Of a stretch of DNA of 64,000 nucleotides, positions 31,053 through 40,891 are shown one piece after another (position 1 is the stretch's first letter; the number at the start of each line of letters is the position of its first letter). The notes beneath the pieces are model-generated. The model saw nothing but the letters and a program-made list of their open reading frames with translations. It had not been told where the DNA came from and made no database searches. The DNA is from Candidatus Heimdallarchaeota archaeon (GTDB lineage: Archaea; Asgardarchaeota; Heimdallarchaeia; Heimdallarchaeales; Heimdallarchaeaceae), in NCBI GenBank assembly GCA_018238545.1, contig JABCTC010000001.1:1-64000 (forward strand), read 5' to 3'. Both the position numbers and the translations under genes were made by a program.

Positions 31053-31686
31053 AATGGCAAAAAAGAACAATAAAAGTGATGGCAGAAATCCAAAAAAAAG
31101 ATTGCCAAAAATAGACCAAAATAAAATTGTAACGCTTGTCATTGTATTTTGCACTATTGGGGCGATAGTTGCGATCACATCCATAGTTTTCTTCCCAAAT
31201 CAACAAAATGGTTTCACAGAACTATCATTGTTGACATACAATGCTGCAGAAGAAACATATGTTGCAAACAATTACCCAAACCAGATATCTCAATCAGATA
31301 ACGTTACAATATTTTTTATGGTTAAGAATTTTGAGAATAAAATTACTTACTATCAACTCCAGATAAAAGTCACAAAAATATCTCAAAATATTAGTCTGGA
31401 ACACCCTCTCTCGCTTTCCAATTCCAAGTTGTTATATTCAAATGAAACATATGAGAAAATCTTATCACCAGCGACGAAAAGTGAGAAAGAGGAAGAAGGG
31501 GCGCAAACTGGTCAATATATTTGGGGGCATGTGAATACTACGCTATTTATGAATAACACATTAGCTACAATTTTAGAAGGAGATGATAGCCTGAAGATTG
31601 TTTTTGAATTATGGAAGTTTAATTCTCTTATCGATGATTTTCAGTATTCGGGGATTTTTACGTTCCTTGAGCTTTCCTATAATTAG
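31027..31686 (+). CDS. DUF1616 C-terminal-like membrane-anchored protein
   Basis: TM followed by FTELSLL...NYP...VKNFE...KIVFELW. Confidence 0.6.
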   Translation: MTRNMERNRMAKKNNKSDGRNPKKRLPKIDQNKIVTLVIVFCTIGAIVAITSIVFFPNQQNGFTELSLLTYNAAEETYVANNYPNQISQSDNVTIFFMVKNFENKITYYQLQIKVTKISQNISLEHPLSLSNSKLLYSNETYEKILSPATKSEKEEEGAQTGQYIWGHVNTTLFMNNTLATILEGDDSLKIVFELWKFNSLIDDFQYSGIFTFLELSYN

Positions 31687-31695
31687 GTGATCTAG

Positions 31696-32346
31696 ATGGT
31701 TCTAAGAGCATTAATTTTATCTGATATTCATAATCAAAAAATAACCTTGGAAAATATTCTAGCAAAAACAAAGGAGACAATAAAAAAACCTTTCATAGTT
31801 TTAATTGCAGGGGATATAACGAATTTTGGTTCAATAGAGAATATGTTATCACTACTTGAACTCGTTTCTAATTATAGTTCACATATTTATTTTGTATTTG
31901 GAAACTGTGATCCGATTTATGACATGGATAAACTTCAAACTTCTTCTTTCCACGTTGAATCTAATCCTCAATGTTTAGAAGGAGTCACGTTTGTAGGCTT
32001 CGGTTCAGCGCATCCAAAAATTAACAAGAAAGTACTAAAAAAACTAAAAAGAAATACCGAGAAAGTGTGCTTGTTAACTCACGTTCCTCCATATGGAACA
32101 AGCGCAGATTTGGCTTCATTAAACAAACATGTTGGATCAAGGGAGATAAAAAAGGTTCTAGAAACAAATCCAAACATATTTCTCGCTGTATCTGGTCACA
32201 TACATGAATCACCAACAATTTCATTTTTAGGTGATTGTTGTATAATCAATCCAGGACCCGTTACACGGGGAAATTTCGCAATTATCGAAATAGACAAAAA
32301 TTATGCAATTCAAGGAAAAATACACAACATTCACGAGATGAAATAA
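31696..32346 (+). CDS. Metallophosphoesterase
   Basis: SDIH, AGDIT, GNCD, THVPP, GHIHE and NPG motifs. Confidence 0.9.
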   Translation: MVLRALILSDIHNQKITLENILAKTKETIKKPFIVLIAGDITNFGSIENMLSLLELVSNYSSHIYFVFGNCDPIYDMDKLQTSSFHVESNPQCLEGVTFVGFGSAHPKINKKVLKKLKRNTEKVCLLTHVPPYGTSADLASLNKHVGSREIKKVLETNPNIFLAVSGHIHESPTISFLGDCCIINPGPVTRGNFAIIEIDKNYAIQGKIHNIHEMK

Positions 32347-32348
32347 TA

Positions 32349-33017
32349 ATGCAAAAGTCCAAAATGAAGCTTGGTTTCTTCGATTCAAATCAGGAATTTC
32401 AAAAGTTTATAGTTTCTACATATTACCATGTGGAAAGCATATTTACGACAAATAACCAAAGTCAAACTCATTCACTTGAGCATACAATAAGAGTTGCTAA
32501 CACTTGTATAGATATTGCGAAACGCCTTGGAGCTTCAATTGATACTCTGTTAACTGCGGCTCTTTTTCATGATGTGGGTAGAGCAGAAGAAGAAGAAACA
32601 GGAAGGAATCATGCGGACATAAGCACGGAGTTGGCAAGAGAGTACCTAGAAAAGCAAGAGAAATACGACATGATTCCAGAAGTTTGTGATGCAATAAAGT
32701 CTCATAGGTTTAGTACTAAAATAGAACCAAAATTCAAGGAAGGGAAGATCCTCAAGGATGCTGATGCTTTAGATGCACTTGGGATAATTGGGCTATATAG
32801 GGTCATTAGCTACTCTGCAGAAAGAAATGTTGATATGAAAAAAACTAACATGCATTTTCATGAAAAATTATTCGTTCTACCATCGCTAATGCATTTTAAA
32901 TATAGTAAAAAACTAGCTAAAAAGAAGTGCAAAATTCTAAGCACATTTTCTAAAGGTCTAGAAAAAAACATGTATAGATCTGACTTTGAAAAACTGCTTA
33001 CCCGTTTAGAAAAATAA
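32349..33017 (+). CDS. HD-domain phosphohydrolase
   Basis: HSLEHTIRV, FHDVGR, HRFS, DADALDALG; start moved to the ATG at 32349. Confidence 0.88.
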   Translation: MQKSKMKLGFFDSNQEFQKFIVSTYYHVESIFTTNNQSQTHSLEHTIRVANTCIDIAKRLGASIDTLLTAALFHDVGRAEEEETGRNHADISTELAREYLEKQEKYDMIPEVCDAIKSHRFSTKIEPKFKEGKILKDADALDALGIIGLYRVISYSAERNVDMKKTNMHFHEKLFVLPSLMHFKYSKKLAKKKCKILSTFSKGLEKNMYRSDFEKLLTRLEK

Positions 33018-33092
33018 ATTACTCCAAAACCAGAATTTTAAATAGGACAAACACATTAAGGTTTAGTTGACAACAAAAAATCAGGTGAAATT

Positions 33093-33788
33093 ATGTCAAA
33101 TATCAAACTTGGTGACATGGTAAAAATAAACTATACTTGCAAAACTGCTGATGATGGAAAAGTTTTCGATACAACTTTCGAAAAAATAGCAAAAGAGCAT
33201 GATATCTTTGATGAGAAATTTATATATCAACCATTTACTCTTATTGTTGGAAATCATAAATTGCCTGTTGGATTAGAAGAGGGTCTTATTGGTTTAGAAG
33301 AAGGTGACTCTAAAACAATCAACATTGAAGCTAAAAGAGGATTTGGTTTAAGAGACCGTTCAAAAATCCGTTTAATTCAAAGGAGAGAATTTCAGAAACA
33401 TCAAATAAAACCAAAAGAAAATGCAGAAGTAGAAATTGGTGGTCAAAAAGGTAGAATTCTCAAAGTATCAAGCAGTAGAGTAAAAGTTGATTTTAATCAT
33501 GATTTAGCCGGATTTGATTTAATATATGATATAAAAATAATTAAAAAAGTTACAGATATAAAGGAGCAATGTATCTGTCTTCTTGAAAAACGATTACCTG
33601 GTGTAGATTTTTCTGATACAAAAATTGAGATAGAAGACAAGGCAATAATTATAGAATTCCCAAAGGATACTCGGTTTATGGAATACATCCAATTTACTCG
33701 AAATGGTCTAACAAGGGATTTGGGAGAAATAACTAAAAAATATGATAAAGTAACTTTTATTGAGCATTATGAAATAGAAAAGAAATAG
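33093..33788 (+). CDS. Archaeal long FKBP-type peptidyl-prolyl isomerase (SlyD-like)
   Basis: GKVFDTT, GFGLRD and VDFNHDLAG motifs. Confidence 0.9.
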   Translation: MSNIKLGDMVKINYTCKTADDGKVFDTTFEKIAKEHDIFDEKFIYQPFTLIVGNHKLPVGLEEGLIGLEEGDSKTINIEAKRGFGLRDRSKIRLIQRREFQKHQIKPKENAEVEIGGQKGRILKVSSSRVKVDFNHDLAGFDLIYDIKIIKKVTDIKEQCICLLEKRLPGVDFSDTKIEIEDKAIIIEFPKDTRFMEYIQFTRNGLTRDLGEITKKYDKVTFIEHYEIEKK

Positions 33789-33791
33789 TCA

Positions 33792-34232
33792 CTATTCTTT
33801 ATCTACTTTCCTTGTATTTACTAAAATCAGATCAAAATTAAGAGGGCAGTTCAGTTTCCTTAGAATGCCTTGAACTTTTATTTTACTAGTTTTATCAAAA
33901 AGCGGTGACATACAGTAATCGTAATTCTCACATAAGATTTCTTTGCAATTCAAAGAATTTCTTTTGAGAACCATATTTTCCAGATATTTTTGATTTTCTA
34001 CACTTATAATATAGTCAGCTTCCTCTACAACGCACACTAGCATCGGTTGATTCTCTATTAAACAAATATGTTCCTTTTGCCTCACTTCAACTACACTGTA
34101 TGAATGATTTTCCTTCAAAACATCAACACATACCTTCTTGAGAGAACAATTATCACAGATTTTCGAAGCACCTACATGTGTAAATGTATAGTTGAGTTCC
34201 GCAACTTCCTTTTCAACTAGAGTTATAATCAT
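33792..34232 (-). CDS. UPF0179-family protein
   Basis: ITLV...CDNCSLKKVC...HIC...V.VVE pattern. Confidence 0.8.
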   Translation of the reverse strand: MIITLVEKEVAELNYTFTHVGASKICDNCSLKKVCVDVLKENHSYSVVEVRQKEHICLIENQPMLVCVVEEADYIISVENQKYLENMVLKRNSLNCKEILCENYDYCMSPLFDKTSKIKVQGILRKLNCPLNFDLILVNTRKVDKE

Positions 34233-34314
34233 TTCATGAGGTAATTATAGAATAGCTTTTTTAAGATTAAGAAATACGTCTTTTAATCTAGATTCGAAAA
34301 GTAGATGCAGTATT

Positions 34315-35280
34315 ATGAAAAAGGAACTTAATTGTATTAATCCCTACAAATTAGGAGAAGAATATGATTATGATCCTTATATGATTGAAAGGTTTGTAGA
34401 AATATTGGGCGAGGAGGAAACATCAAACTTACTTCAATTTAACGAAACCAAATTAAACAAAACAATTAGATTGAACACATTAAGATCTAGTATCGCGCGC
34501 ACAGTAGAACTTTTAGAAAGAAAAAGGGTTCAGCTTGAAGATATTGTAGGGATGCCTGAAGCAAAAGAAATCATCAATTCTCCTGTACCAATAGGAGCAA
34601 CTCCAGAGTATTTAGGAGGGTACTACATGCTGCAAGGAAAGAATTCAATGCTTTCAAGCATGATTCTAAATCCAAAAAGCGATGAGTTGATAGGAGATTT
34701 CGCTGCAGCTCCTGGTGGCAAAACATCACATCTAGCACAATTAATGAATAATGAGGGGACAATAATTGCACTTGAATTAAGTTCTAACAGATGCAGAAGT
34801 TTGAAATCAGTTCTAGCTAGAATGGGTGTTGAAAACACAATCATATTACAATACGACACCAGAGAAATATATAAATTGGATTTAATGTTTGATAAAATTT
34901 TATTAGATGCACCTTGTTCAGGATCAGGGGTAATTATCTCAGATCATTCAAGGAAACAATCCAAAACACTATTTGACATTCTAAATTATCACAAATATCA
35001 GACTGAGCTATTAACAGAATCCTTGCGAGTTCTTAAACCGGGAGGAGAACTAGTTTATTGTACTTGTTCCTTGGAGCCAGAGGAAAACGAGCTTGTTATA
35101 ACAAAAGTTCTTGAAAATTTTGATTGTAAAATACAAGAATTGAATATTGAAGGAGAAGTAGGTTTAGAAAAATTCCAACAACATGAATTTCATCCCGACA
35201 TAAGAAAAGCCAAAAGAATTTATCCACATACATCAAAAGGAGAGGGCTTCTTTATAATTAAAATGGTGAAAGAAAAATGA
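34315..35280 (+). CDS. RsmB/NOL1/Nop2 RNA m5C methyltransferase
   Basis: TPEYLGGYY, AAAPGGKT, LLDAPCSG, YCTCSLEPEENE and GFF motifs. Confidence 0.93.
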   Translation: MKKELNCINPYKLGEEYDYDPYMIERFVEILGEEETSNLLQFNETKLNKTIRLNTLRSSIARTVELLERKRVQLEDIVGMPEAKEIINSPVPIGATPEYLGGYYMLQGKNSMLSSMILNPKSDELIGDFAAAPGGKTSHLAQLMNNEGTIIALELSSNRCRSLKSVLARMGVENTIILQYDTREIYKLDLMFDKILLDAPCSGSGVIISDHSRKQSKTLFDILNYHKYQTELLTESLRVLKPGGELVYCTCSLEPEENELVITKVLENFDCKIQELNIEGEVGLEKFQQHEFHPDIRKAKRIYPHTSKGEGFFIIKMVKEK

Positions 35281-35825
35281 ACAATATAACAGTAAATTTC
35301 CGAAAAGCAACCAAGAAGGAAGAAGAAATTGTTCGAAAAGAGATTGGCAAGCATTTTGGGCAAGAGGGGTTGGATTCGTTACAAAACCGTTTTTTGTGGA
35401 TAAAAGATGGAAAAATCAAAGAGGTTTGTGCTTTACATCCAAATATTGAAGCAATTGTAAAAACTATCCCCCATAATTTGTATTTTGCTGGCATACCAAT
35501 TGGTTCAATAAAGAATAATAAATTTCAGTTAGAAATTGAGGGGAGTGCATTAATCAGATTAACTTCAAAGAAGGTTTTACATGTAAAAACCGATCAATTC
35601 CTTTATGGTAAATCAATTTTCACAGACAATGTTTTTCAGTTTGATGAAGCATTCCAAAGTGGAGATTTAGTTATAATTGAGGGGAGAAATAACATTCATT
35701 ATGGAGTTGGAGAAACAAGTATAAGTTCAGAAGAGCTCAAGAGTGCGCTCTCAAATACAGTGATAATTAAGGGGAGTAAAAACATTCCTAGGGATAGAGG
35801 CTGGTATTTGAGGAAGGGTAACTGA
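35277..35825 (+). CDS. Nip7-like PUA-domain ribosome biogenesis protein
   Basis: FAGIPIG...FLYGKSI...GVG...DRGWYLRKG; coupled to the Nop2-like gene. Confidence 0.8.
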   Translation: MNNITVNFRKATKKEEEIVRKEIGKHFGQEGLDSLQNRFLWIKDGKIKEVCALHPNIEAIVKTIPHNLYFAGIPIGSIKNNKFQLEIEGSALIRLTSKKVLHVKTDQFLYGKSIFTDNVFQFDEAFQSGDLVIIEGRNNIHYGVGETSISSEELKSALSNTVIIKGSKNIPRDRGWYLRKGN

Positions 35826-35966
35826 AGGTATTTTATTTTGTTCCTTCAACAACAACCAACCTAGCGCCTAAATTCAAATAACACAAAGTATTTAAGGCGT
35901 GTTCAGTGATTTACATTAGTTTAATCTTTTTGTTTAAAAAAGAGGAAAACCTATTCTAAAAAACAC

Positions 35967-37910
35967 TTGTATTTATATGAATTAGAAGAGTCGGGTATCT
36001 TGAGTTATAAAGAAGTACTAGAACAAACATCCAAAGACATTCATGAGGAACTGCCAAGCAACTCTGAAATTACACAAATAGAGTTTGAAGGACCAGAAGT
36101 CGCAGTTTATTCTCGAAATCCTAGAGTATTAGTAGACGATGAAAATATAGTTAAGGGATTAGCAAAAAAATTACGGAAAAGAATCGTTATTCGATCTGAT
36201 CCTAGTGTCAGATTACCCAAAGATGAAACAACTTACTTGATTACAGAGTTGGTGGGAAAGGAAGGAGAAATCACTTCAATAGATTATGACGAGCTTGTTG
36301 GAGAAGTAATTATAGAAGCTATGAAACCAGGGGTTATTATTGGAAAATCCGGTGAAATGTTACGAACAATTATCGCTAAAACATTATGGCGACCAAATGT
36401 TATGCGAACGCCTCCAATCGAATCTAGGGTAATAAAAACTGTTAGACATCTCTATCAAGAACATTCAAAGAAAAGACAGGAAATCCTGAAAATAGTTGGT
36501 AAACGAATTCATCGCCCCATTATTTACAGGGATGATACAATTCGCGTAACAGCCTTAGGCGGTTACGCAGAAGTTGGTAGAAGTAGTTCCTTAGTCCAAA
36601 CTGGTGAAAGTCGAGTGTTGGTAGATTGCGGAATCAATGTAGGAAGTAATTCACCAAACAACACCTTCCCCCGATTTGACCTTCCTGAATTTGACATTGA
36701 TAATTTGGATGCCGTTGTGATATCACATGCTCATCTTGATCATTCTGGTTTTGTCCCTTATCTTTTCAAATATGGTTACAAGGGAGCTGTCTATGTCACA
36801 AAACCAACAAGAGATTTAATGACAATGCTTCAGATAGATTATCTTGATGTAGCGAAAAAAGAAGGAAAAACCCAACCATATGAACAAAAGGACATAAGAG
36901 AGTCAGTACTTCACGCCATTGTTTTAAACTATGGAGAAGTAACCGACATCTCACCTGACATTCGTCTAACATTTCACAATGCGGGACATATTGTAGGAAG
37001 TACAATCCCTCATCTTCACATTGGTGAAGGCGTTTATAACATCGCATTTGCACAAGACATTAAATTTGCTAGATCAAACCTTTTAGATCCAGCAAATTGC
37101 AGATTCCCAAGATTGGAAACGCTCTTCATAGAATCTACCTATGGAAAACCCCAAGATATTCTTCCTCCAAGAGCTGAATGTGAAAAAATGTTGAGAAACA
37201 TTGTTAATGACACTATAAAGAAAAATGGGAAGGTTCTTATTCCAGTTCTAGCGGTTGGCAGAGCTCAAGAAATTCTTGTCGTTCTAGAGAATTTAATGAG
37301 AACCAAGGAAATACCAACAATTCCAATTTACACAGACGGTATGATTCGAGAAGCATCAGCAATCACAACCGCTCACCCCGAATTTTTATCAAAAAGTCTT
37401 AGAGAAAGGATATTCCATGCAGGTCAAAACCCATTCCTATCTGAACAAATGAAACATGTAGCTTCTAATGAAGAACGAGAACTAATTGTAGTAGGAGATC
37501 CTGCAATAATTGTAGCTACAAGTGGTATGCTAAATGGAGGACCAAGTGTTCAATACTTCAAAGCACTATGTTCTGATTCTAATAATGCACTAGTGTTTGT
37601 AAGTTACCAAGGAAAAGGAACTATGGGAAGTAAGATTCAGAAAGGCATTACCGAGATTCAGATGATGGAAAATCGCAAAACAGTCATGTATCATATAGAA
37701 ATGCAAGTTCATAGTATTTCAGGTTTCACAGGACATAGTGACAGAAGAGAATTAGAAAACTACATTCGCAAAGTTACTCCTAAACCAGAAAGAGTTATAG
37801 TGTTTCATGGTGAAGAATCAAAAGCAAATAAATTTGCTTCGTGGATATACAAAACAACTAAAAGAGAAAGTATGGCACCTCCAAATGGTACAACTATAAG
37901 ATTAAGATAA
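35967..37910 (+). CDS. KH-domain beta-CASP ribonuclease aCPSF1 (FttA)
   Basis: IEFEGPE, KPGVIIGK, EVGRS, SHAHLDH, AGHIVGS, ESTYG, GHSD and HGE motifs. Confidence 0.95.
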   Translation: MYLYELEESGILSYKEVLEQTSKDIHEELPSNSEITQIEFEGPEVAVYSRNPRVLVDDENIVKGLAKKLRKRIVIRSDPSVRLPKDETTYLITELVGKEGEITSIDYDELVGEVIIEAMKPGVIIGKSGEMLRTIIAKTLWRPNVMRTPPIESRVIKTVRHLYQEHSKKRQEILKIVGKRIHRPIIYRDDTIRVTALGGYAEVGRSSSLVQTGESRVLVDCGINVGSNSPNNTFPRFDLPEFDIDNLDAVVISHAHLDHSGFVPYLFKYGYKGAVYVTKPTRDLMTMLQIDYLDVAKKEGKTQPYEQKDIRESVLHAIVLNYGEVTDISPDIRLTFHNAGHIVGSTIPHLHIGEGVYNIAFAQDIKFARSNLLDPANCRFPRLETLFIESTYGKPQDILPPRAECEKMLRNIVNDTIKKNGKVLIPVLAVGRAQEILVVLENLMRTKEIPTIPIYTDGMIREASAITTAHPEFLSKSLRERIFHAGQNPFLSEQMKHVASNEERELIVVGDPAIIVATSGMLNGGPSVQYFKALCSDSNNALVFVSYQGKGTMGSKIQKGITEIQMMENRKTVMYHIEMQVHSISGFTGHSDRRELENYIRKVTPKPERVIVFHGEESKANKFASWIYKTTKRESMAPPNGTTIRLR

Positions 37911-37913
37911 TAT

Positions 37914-38405
37914 TTAGAACTTAGCAGACCACACTTTATCTTTCAAATGATGGATTAGTTTTACTACTTTACCCTTTTTGTTTTTACTAAATTCTTTTGC
38001 ATCTATAAGAGATATACCCACACCAAGAATTGCATTAGCTTTTTCTTCATGAATAACAACATAATCATCTTTTGTTATGTTATCATCAAAAAACACTATG
38101 CCCGGAGCCATAACATCCGCACCATTTGTGATAAACCTGATTGCTCCCACATCAACTATTATTTTGTGCAGACCAGGATTTAACTCTCTAAGAAAGTGTA
38201 TTGAAGGGATGTGCTTTCCATCATGAAGGAACCACCAGATCTTTTTGTCTTTAACAATAAACGTTCCTTCTTCAGTTTTTATGCTTTGGAGTATTAATGA
38301 TTTCTGAAAAGATGGTGATACCTGATCGTCGTATAATTCTATCAATTTCGTTTGTAAATCACGTTTTTCTTTATTAGATAAAGTTTTCTTAGATTTCATA
38401 TGCAT
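37914..38405 (-). CDS. PUA-domain RNA-binding protein (Tma20/MCT-1-like)
   Basis: VDVGAIRFITNGADVMAPGI...KGK...HHLKDKVW. Confidence 0.88.
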   Translation of the reverse strand: MHMKSKKTLSNKEKRDLQTKLIELYDDQVSPSFQKSLILQSIKTEEGTFIVKDKKIWWFLHDGKHIPSIHFLRELNPGLHKIIVDVGAIRFITNGADVMAPGIVFFDDNITKDDYVVIHEEKANAILGVGISLIDAKEFSKNKKGKVVKLIHHLKDKVWSAKF

Positions 38406-38426
38406 GTTATCACAAACTTATCATTT

Positions 38427-38864
38427 CTATAACCCTAGCTTTCCTAAAATAGAGCTATATTTTTCTTTAATGGATTCATACCTTTCTTTAGATGACATAC
38501 CTAAGAGGTAAAGTTGTTCTTCATTTTCCAATCTTCTTGAATAATCATCTTTTATAGATGTAACAAACTCTTCAATGGAATCTTGTATATTTGACATCAG
38601 GTCAACGCTTGGTTCAGGGATTGTGTAAAGGTATTTCAGTGTGGGATAAGTATCGGCCATTCTTTCAATCAATCCAATATCCAGCATTTGTTTCAAATGT
38701 TTCTCAACTGCTGGACGTGATATTGCTAGTTCCTTTGTTAATTCATCAGCAGTTAGTTTCATATTACTAAGTAAAGTAAGTATTTTTCTTCTCGTTGCAT
38801 CTCGTAAAATAGAATAGATTTGATCTATAATCTGAAAATCCTTATCCTCTTTATTCATAATCAA
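38427..38864 (-). CDS. ArsR-family winged-helix regulator
   Basis: DATRRKILTLL...ISRPAVEKHLKQM. Confidence 0.85.
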   Translation of the reverse strand: MIMNKEDKDFQIIDQIYSILRDATRRKILTLLSNMKLTADELTKELAISRPAVEKHLKQMLDIGLIERMADTYPTLKYLYTIPEPSVDLMSNIQDSIEEFVTSIKDDYSRRLENEEQLYLLGMSSKERYESIKEKYSSILGKLGL

Positions 38865-39026
38865 TTCTTTATTACCACGGTTCCTTAAATTATTGTCGGT
38901 TGATAATTGTACTTGCGAAATAGAGCGTTTAGCGATAATGTTTGAAGGGTTCTAAGCTGTTGCAACAACAGTAAGTATTAATTGCTAGCAATGGACTCTT
39001 AAGATATAAACAAAGAGGGTTTTATA

Positions 39027-40865
39027 ATGAAAGCTACGATACATTTAGAAGAACATGTTGAAATAAAAGTAGGACCTAAAGATGAGGTTGTTACAACAGA
39101 ATCAAGAGGTGTTTTGAAGGTTATTAACCCAAGCAAATCTACAACATTATGGGGAATTGAACTGAAAGCTGATTTCAGCGATGATGTGGATGAGATACCA
39201 GTTACAAACATCCCGCACGTAGAAGCAGGTAAAGAACATCTTGTGGAGTATACCACAAAAAATGAACCAGCAATCAAGATAACAGAGGTTTATGATACTG
39301 ATTACAAGGGAGATGAAATTAACTCCTTGAATAAGGACTTGATTTTTAATTTGGATCAAACACTCGCTTTTCAGATTACTGTTAAAAATAATTATGATAC
39401 AAAAATCAAAAATTTGGCAGTCGAAAAGCACTTTCCTTTAGATACAAGAGATATAAGGGCAATAGAACCATATCCTGGAGACACAACAATTGTAGAAGGT
39501 GAAAGAATTGCAAATTGGGTAATTCCCGAACTAGAAGCTGGAGGAATTGCAATTGTTACAATTGTTTGTACTATTAATCCAACAAATGTACAACCATACA
39601 AAAATGGAATTATAACAGCAAGATGTGAAACAGAGATCAAAATGAGTTCATTGAAGCCAGTGTTAGATGGTGATTGTGATAATGTGGATTTAGGTGTAGA
39701 AGTTATTGAAACAGCAGAACCCAATCAATGGAAACTCAGTATGGGGTTAAGAAACGCAAGTGAGTTTGAAATATTGTTAAAATATGTTAAAATAGAAGTT
39801 AATGGTGAAGAAAAATATTTCAAAGAACCTATGATTGAAGTAGAAGGAAATCTTGATGAACCAATCTGGAAAGAGCAGATTACAATTGAATCTTCAACAT
39901 TTCCTGAAATTACTAAGAAGTTTGATTATACGGCGCTTTTCAAAATAACTGAACACTCAACGATAGCTTATGAAAAAGCGAGTGACCAAATATTCATTGT
40001 AAAAGCTGGAGCGTCCAAACTATTTGATCCAGTAGAAGTAACAACTTATGCATTTTCAGATATAATAGCAACAATTGATGTCACAAATACTGGGTCCGCT
40101 ACAATTGGCAAAATAGAAATTGAGGATTCAATACCAAGCTACTTTGATGTTAAAATGGTAACAGCAGAATCATCTGGCAGAGAGGTTGAAATTGTTTTCG
40201 AAGAAGAGTCTAAAGAAGAGATCAAACCAACAATCGAAGACAGAGAAACTGCAACTTTCGAAGAAATCGAGAAAGAAGACGATTATGTTGAAGAAGTCGA
40301 AGATGAAGATGTTAAAAACTACTTAGAGAACATTTCGGAAGGTATTGAGAAGGAAAGAGTTTACAATTATGTTATTGAAAATCTCAAATTAGATCCAGGC
40401 CAAACAGTGAAAATTAAAGCTGTTTGTATTGCTGACAAACCTAGAATTGAAGGTAGTCATTCAGCACCTGCTACAATCAAAGCATATGCCGAGCACCCAG
40501 CTAAACCTTTTGTAACAGATGCTCGATCTGATGGAAAGGTTCCAACAATAGTTGTACAATTTAAGCAAAGATCATACAAAATAACATCAATATTCACAAA
40601 GCAAGCTGATGATAGTTACAATGTTGAGATACCAATAACAAATACCGGAGACGTTCCTTTAGATAATGTTACTCTCATCCAACCAATTTTCTCTGCTGAA
40701 TTTGTAGATCATACTCCTCCAACTGTTGATGTATCTGTTGAATCATCTAATGTCAAATGTGTGATAAAACGAATAAATTCAGGTGAAACAATAGTAATCA
40801 ACCTTAGCATAAAAGCAGATGGACCATTGAGACAACAACAAGCCACAATACGAATTGAAGATTAA
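39027..40865 (+). CDS. Cytosolic multi-beta-sandwich protein with a mu-homology-like N-terminus
   Basis: No signal peptide; N-terminal IHLEEHVEIKV...ESRGVLKV; repeated Ig-like (V/I)xNxG motifs; acidic insert. Confidence 0.55.
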   Translation: MKATIHLEEHVEIKVGPKDEVVTTESRGVLKVINPSKSTTLWGIELKADFSDDVDEIPVTNIPHVEAGKEHLVEYTTKNEPAIKITEVYDTDYKGDEINSLNKDLIFNLDQTLAFQITVKNNYDTKIKNLAVEKHFPLDTRDIRAIEPYPGDTTIVEGERIANWVIPELEAGGIAIVTIVCTINPTNVQPYKNGIITARCETEIKMSSLKPVLDGDCDNVDLGVEVIETAEPNQWKLSMGLRNASEFEILLKYVKIEVNGEEKYFKEPMIEVEGNLDEPIWKEQITIESSTFPEITKKFDYTALFKITEHSTIAYEKASDQIFIVKAGASKLFDPVEVTTYAFSDIIATIDVTNTGSATIGKIEIEDSIPSYFDVKMVTAESSGREVEIVFEEESKEEIKPTIEDRETATFEEIEKEDDYVEEVEDEDVKNYLENISEGIEKERVYNYVIENLKLDPGQTVKIKAVCIADKPRIEGSHSAPATIKAYAEHPAKPFVTDARSDGKVPTIVVQFKQRSYKITSIFTKQADDSYNVEIPITNTGDVPLDNVTLIQPIFSAEFVDHTPPTVDVSVESSNVKCVIKRINSGETIVINLSIKADGPLRQQQATIRIED

Positions 40866-40891
40866 AAAAGGGAAGGGGGTTTTTTCTTTTT

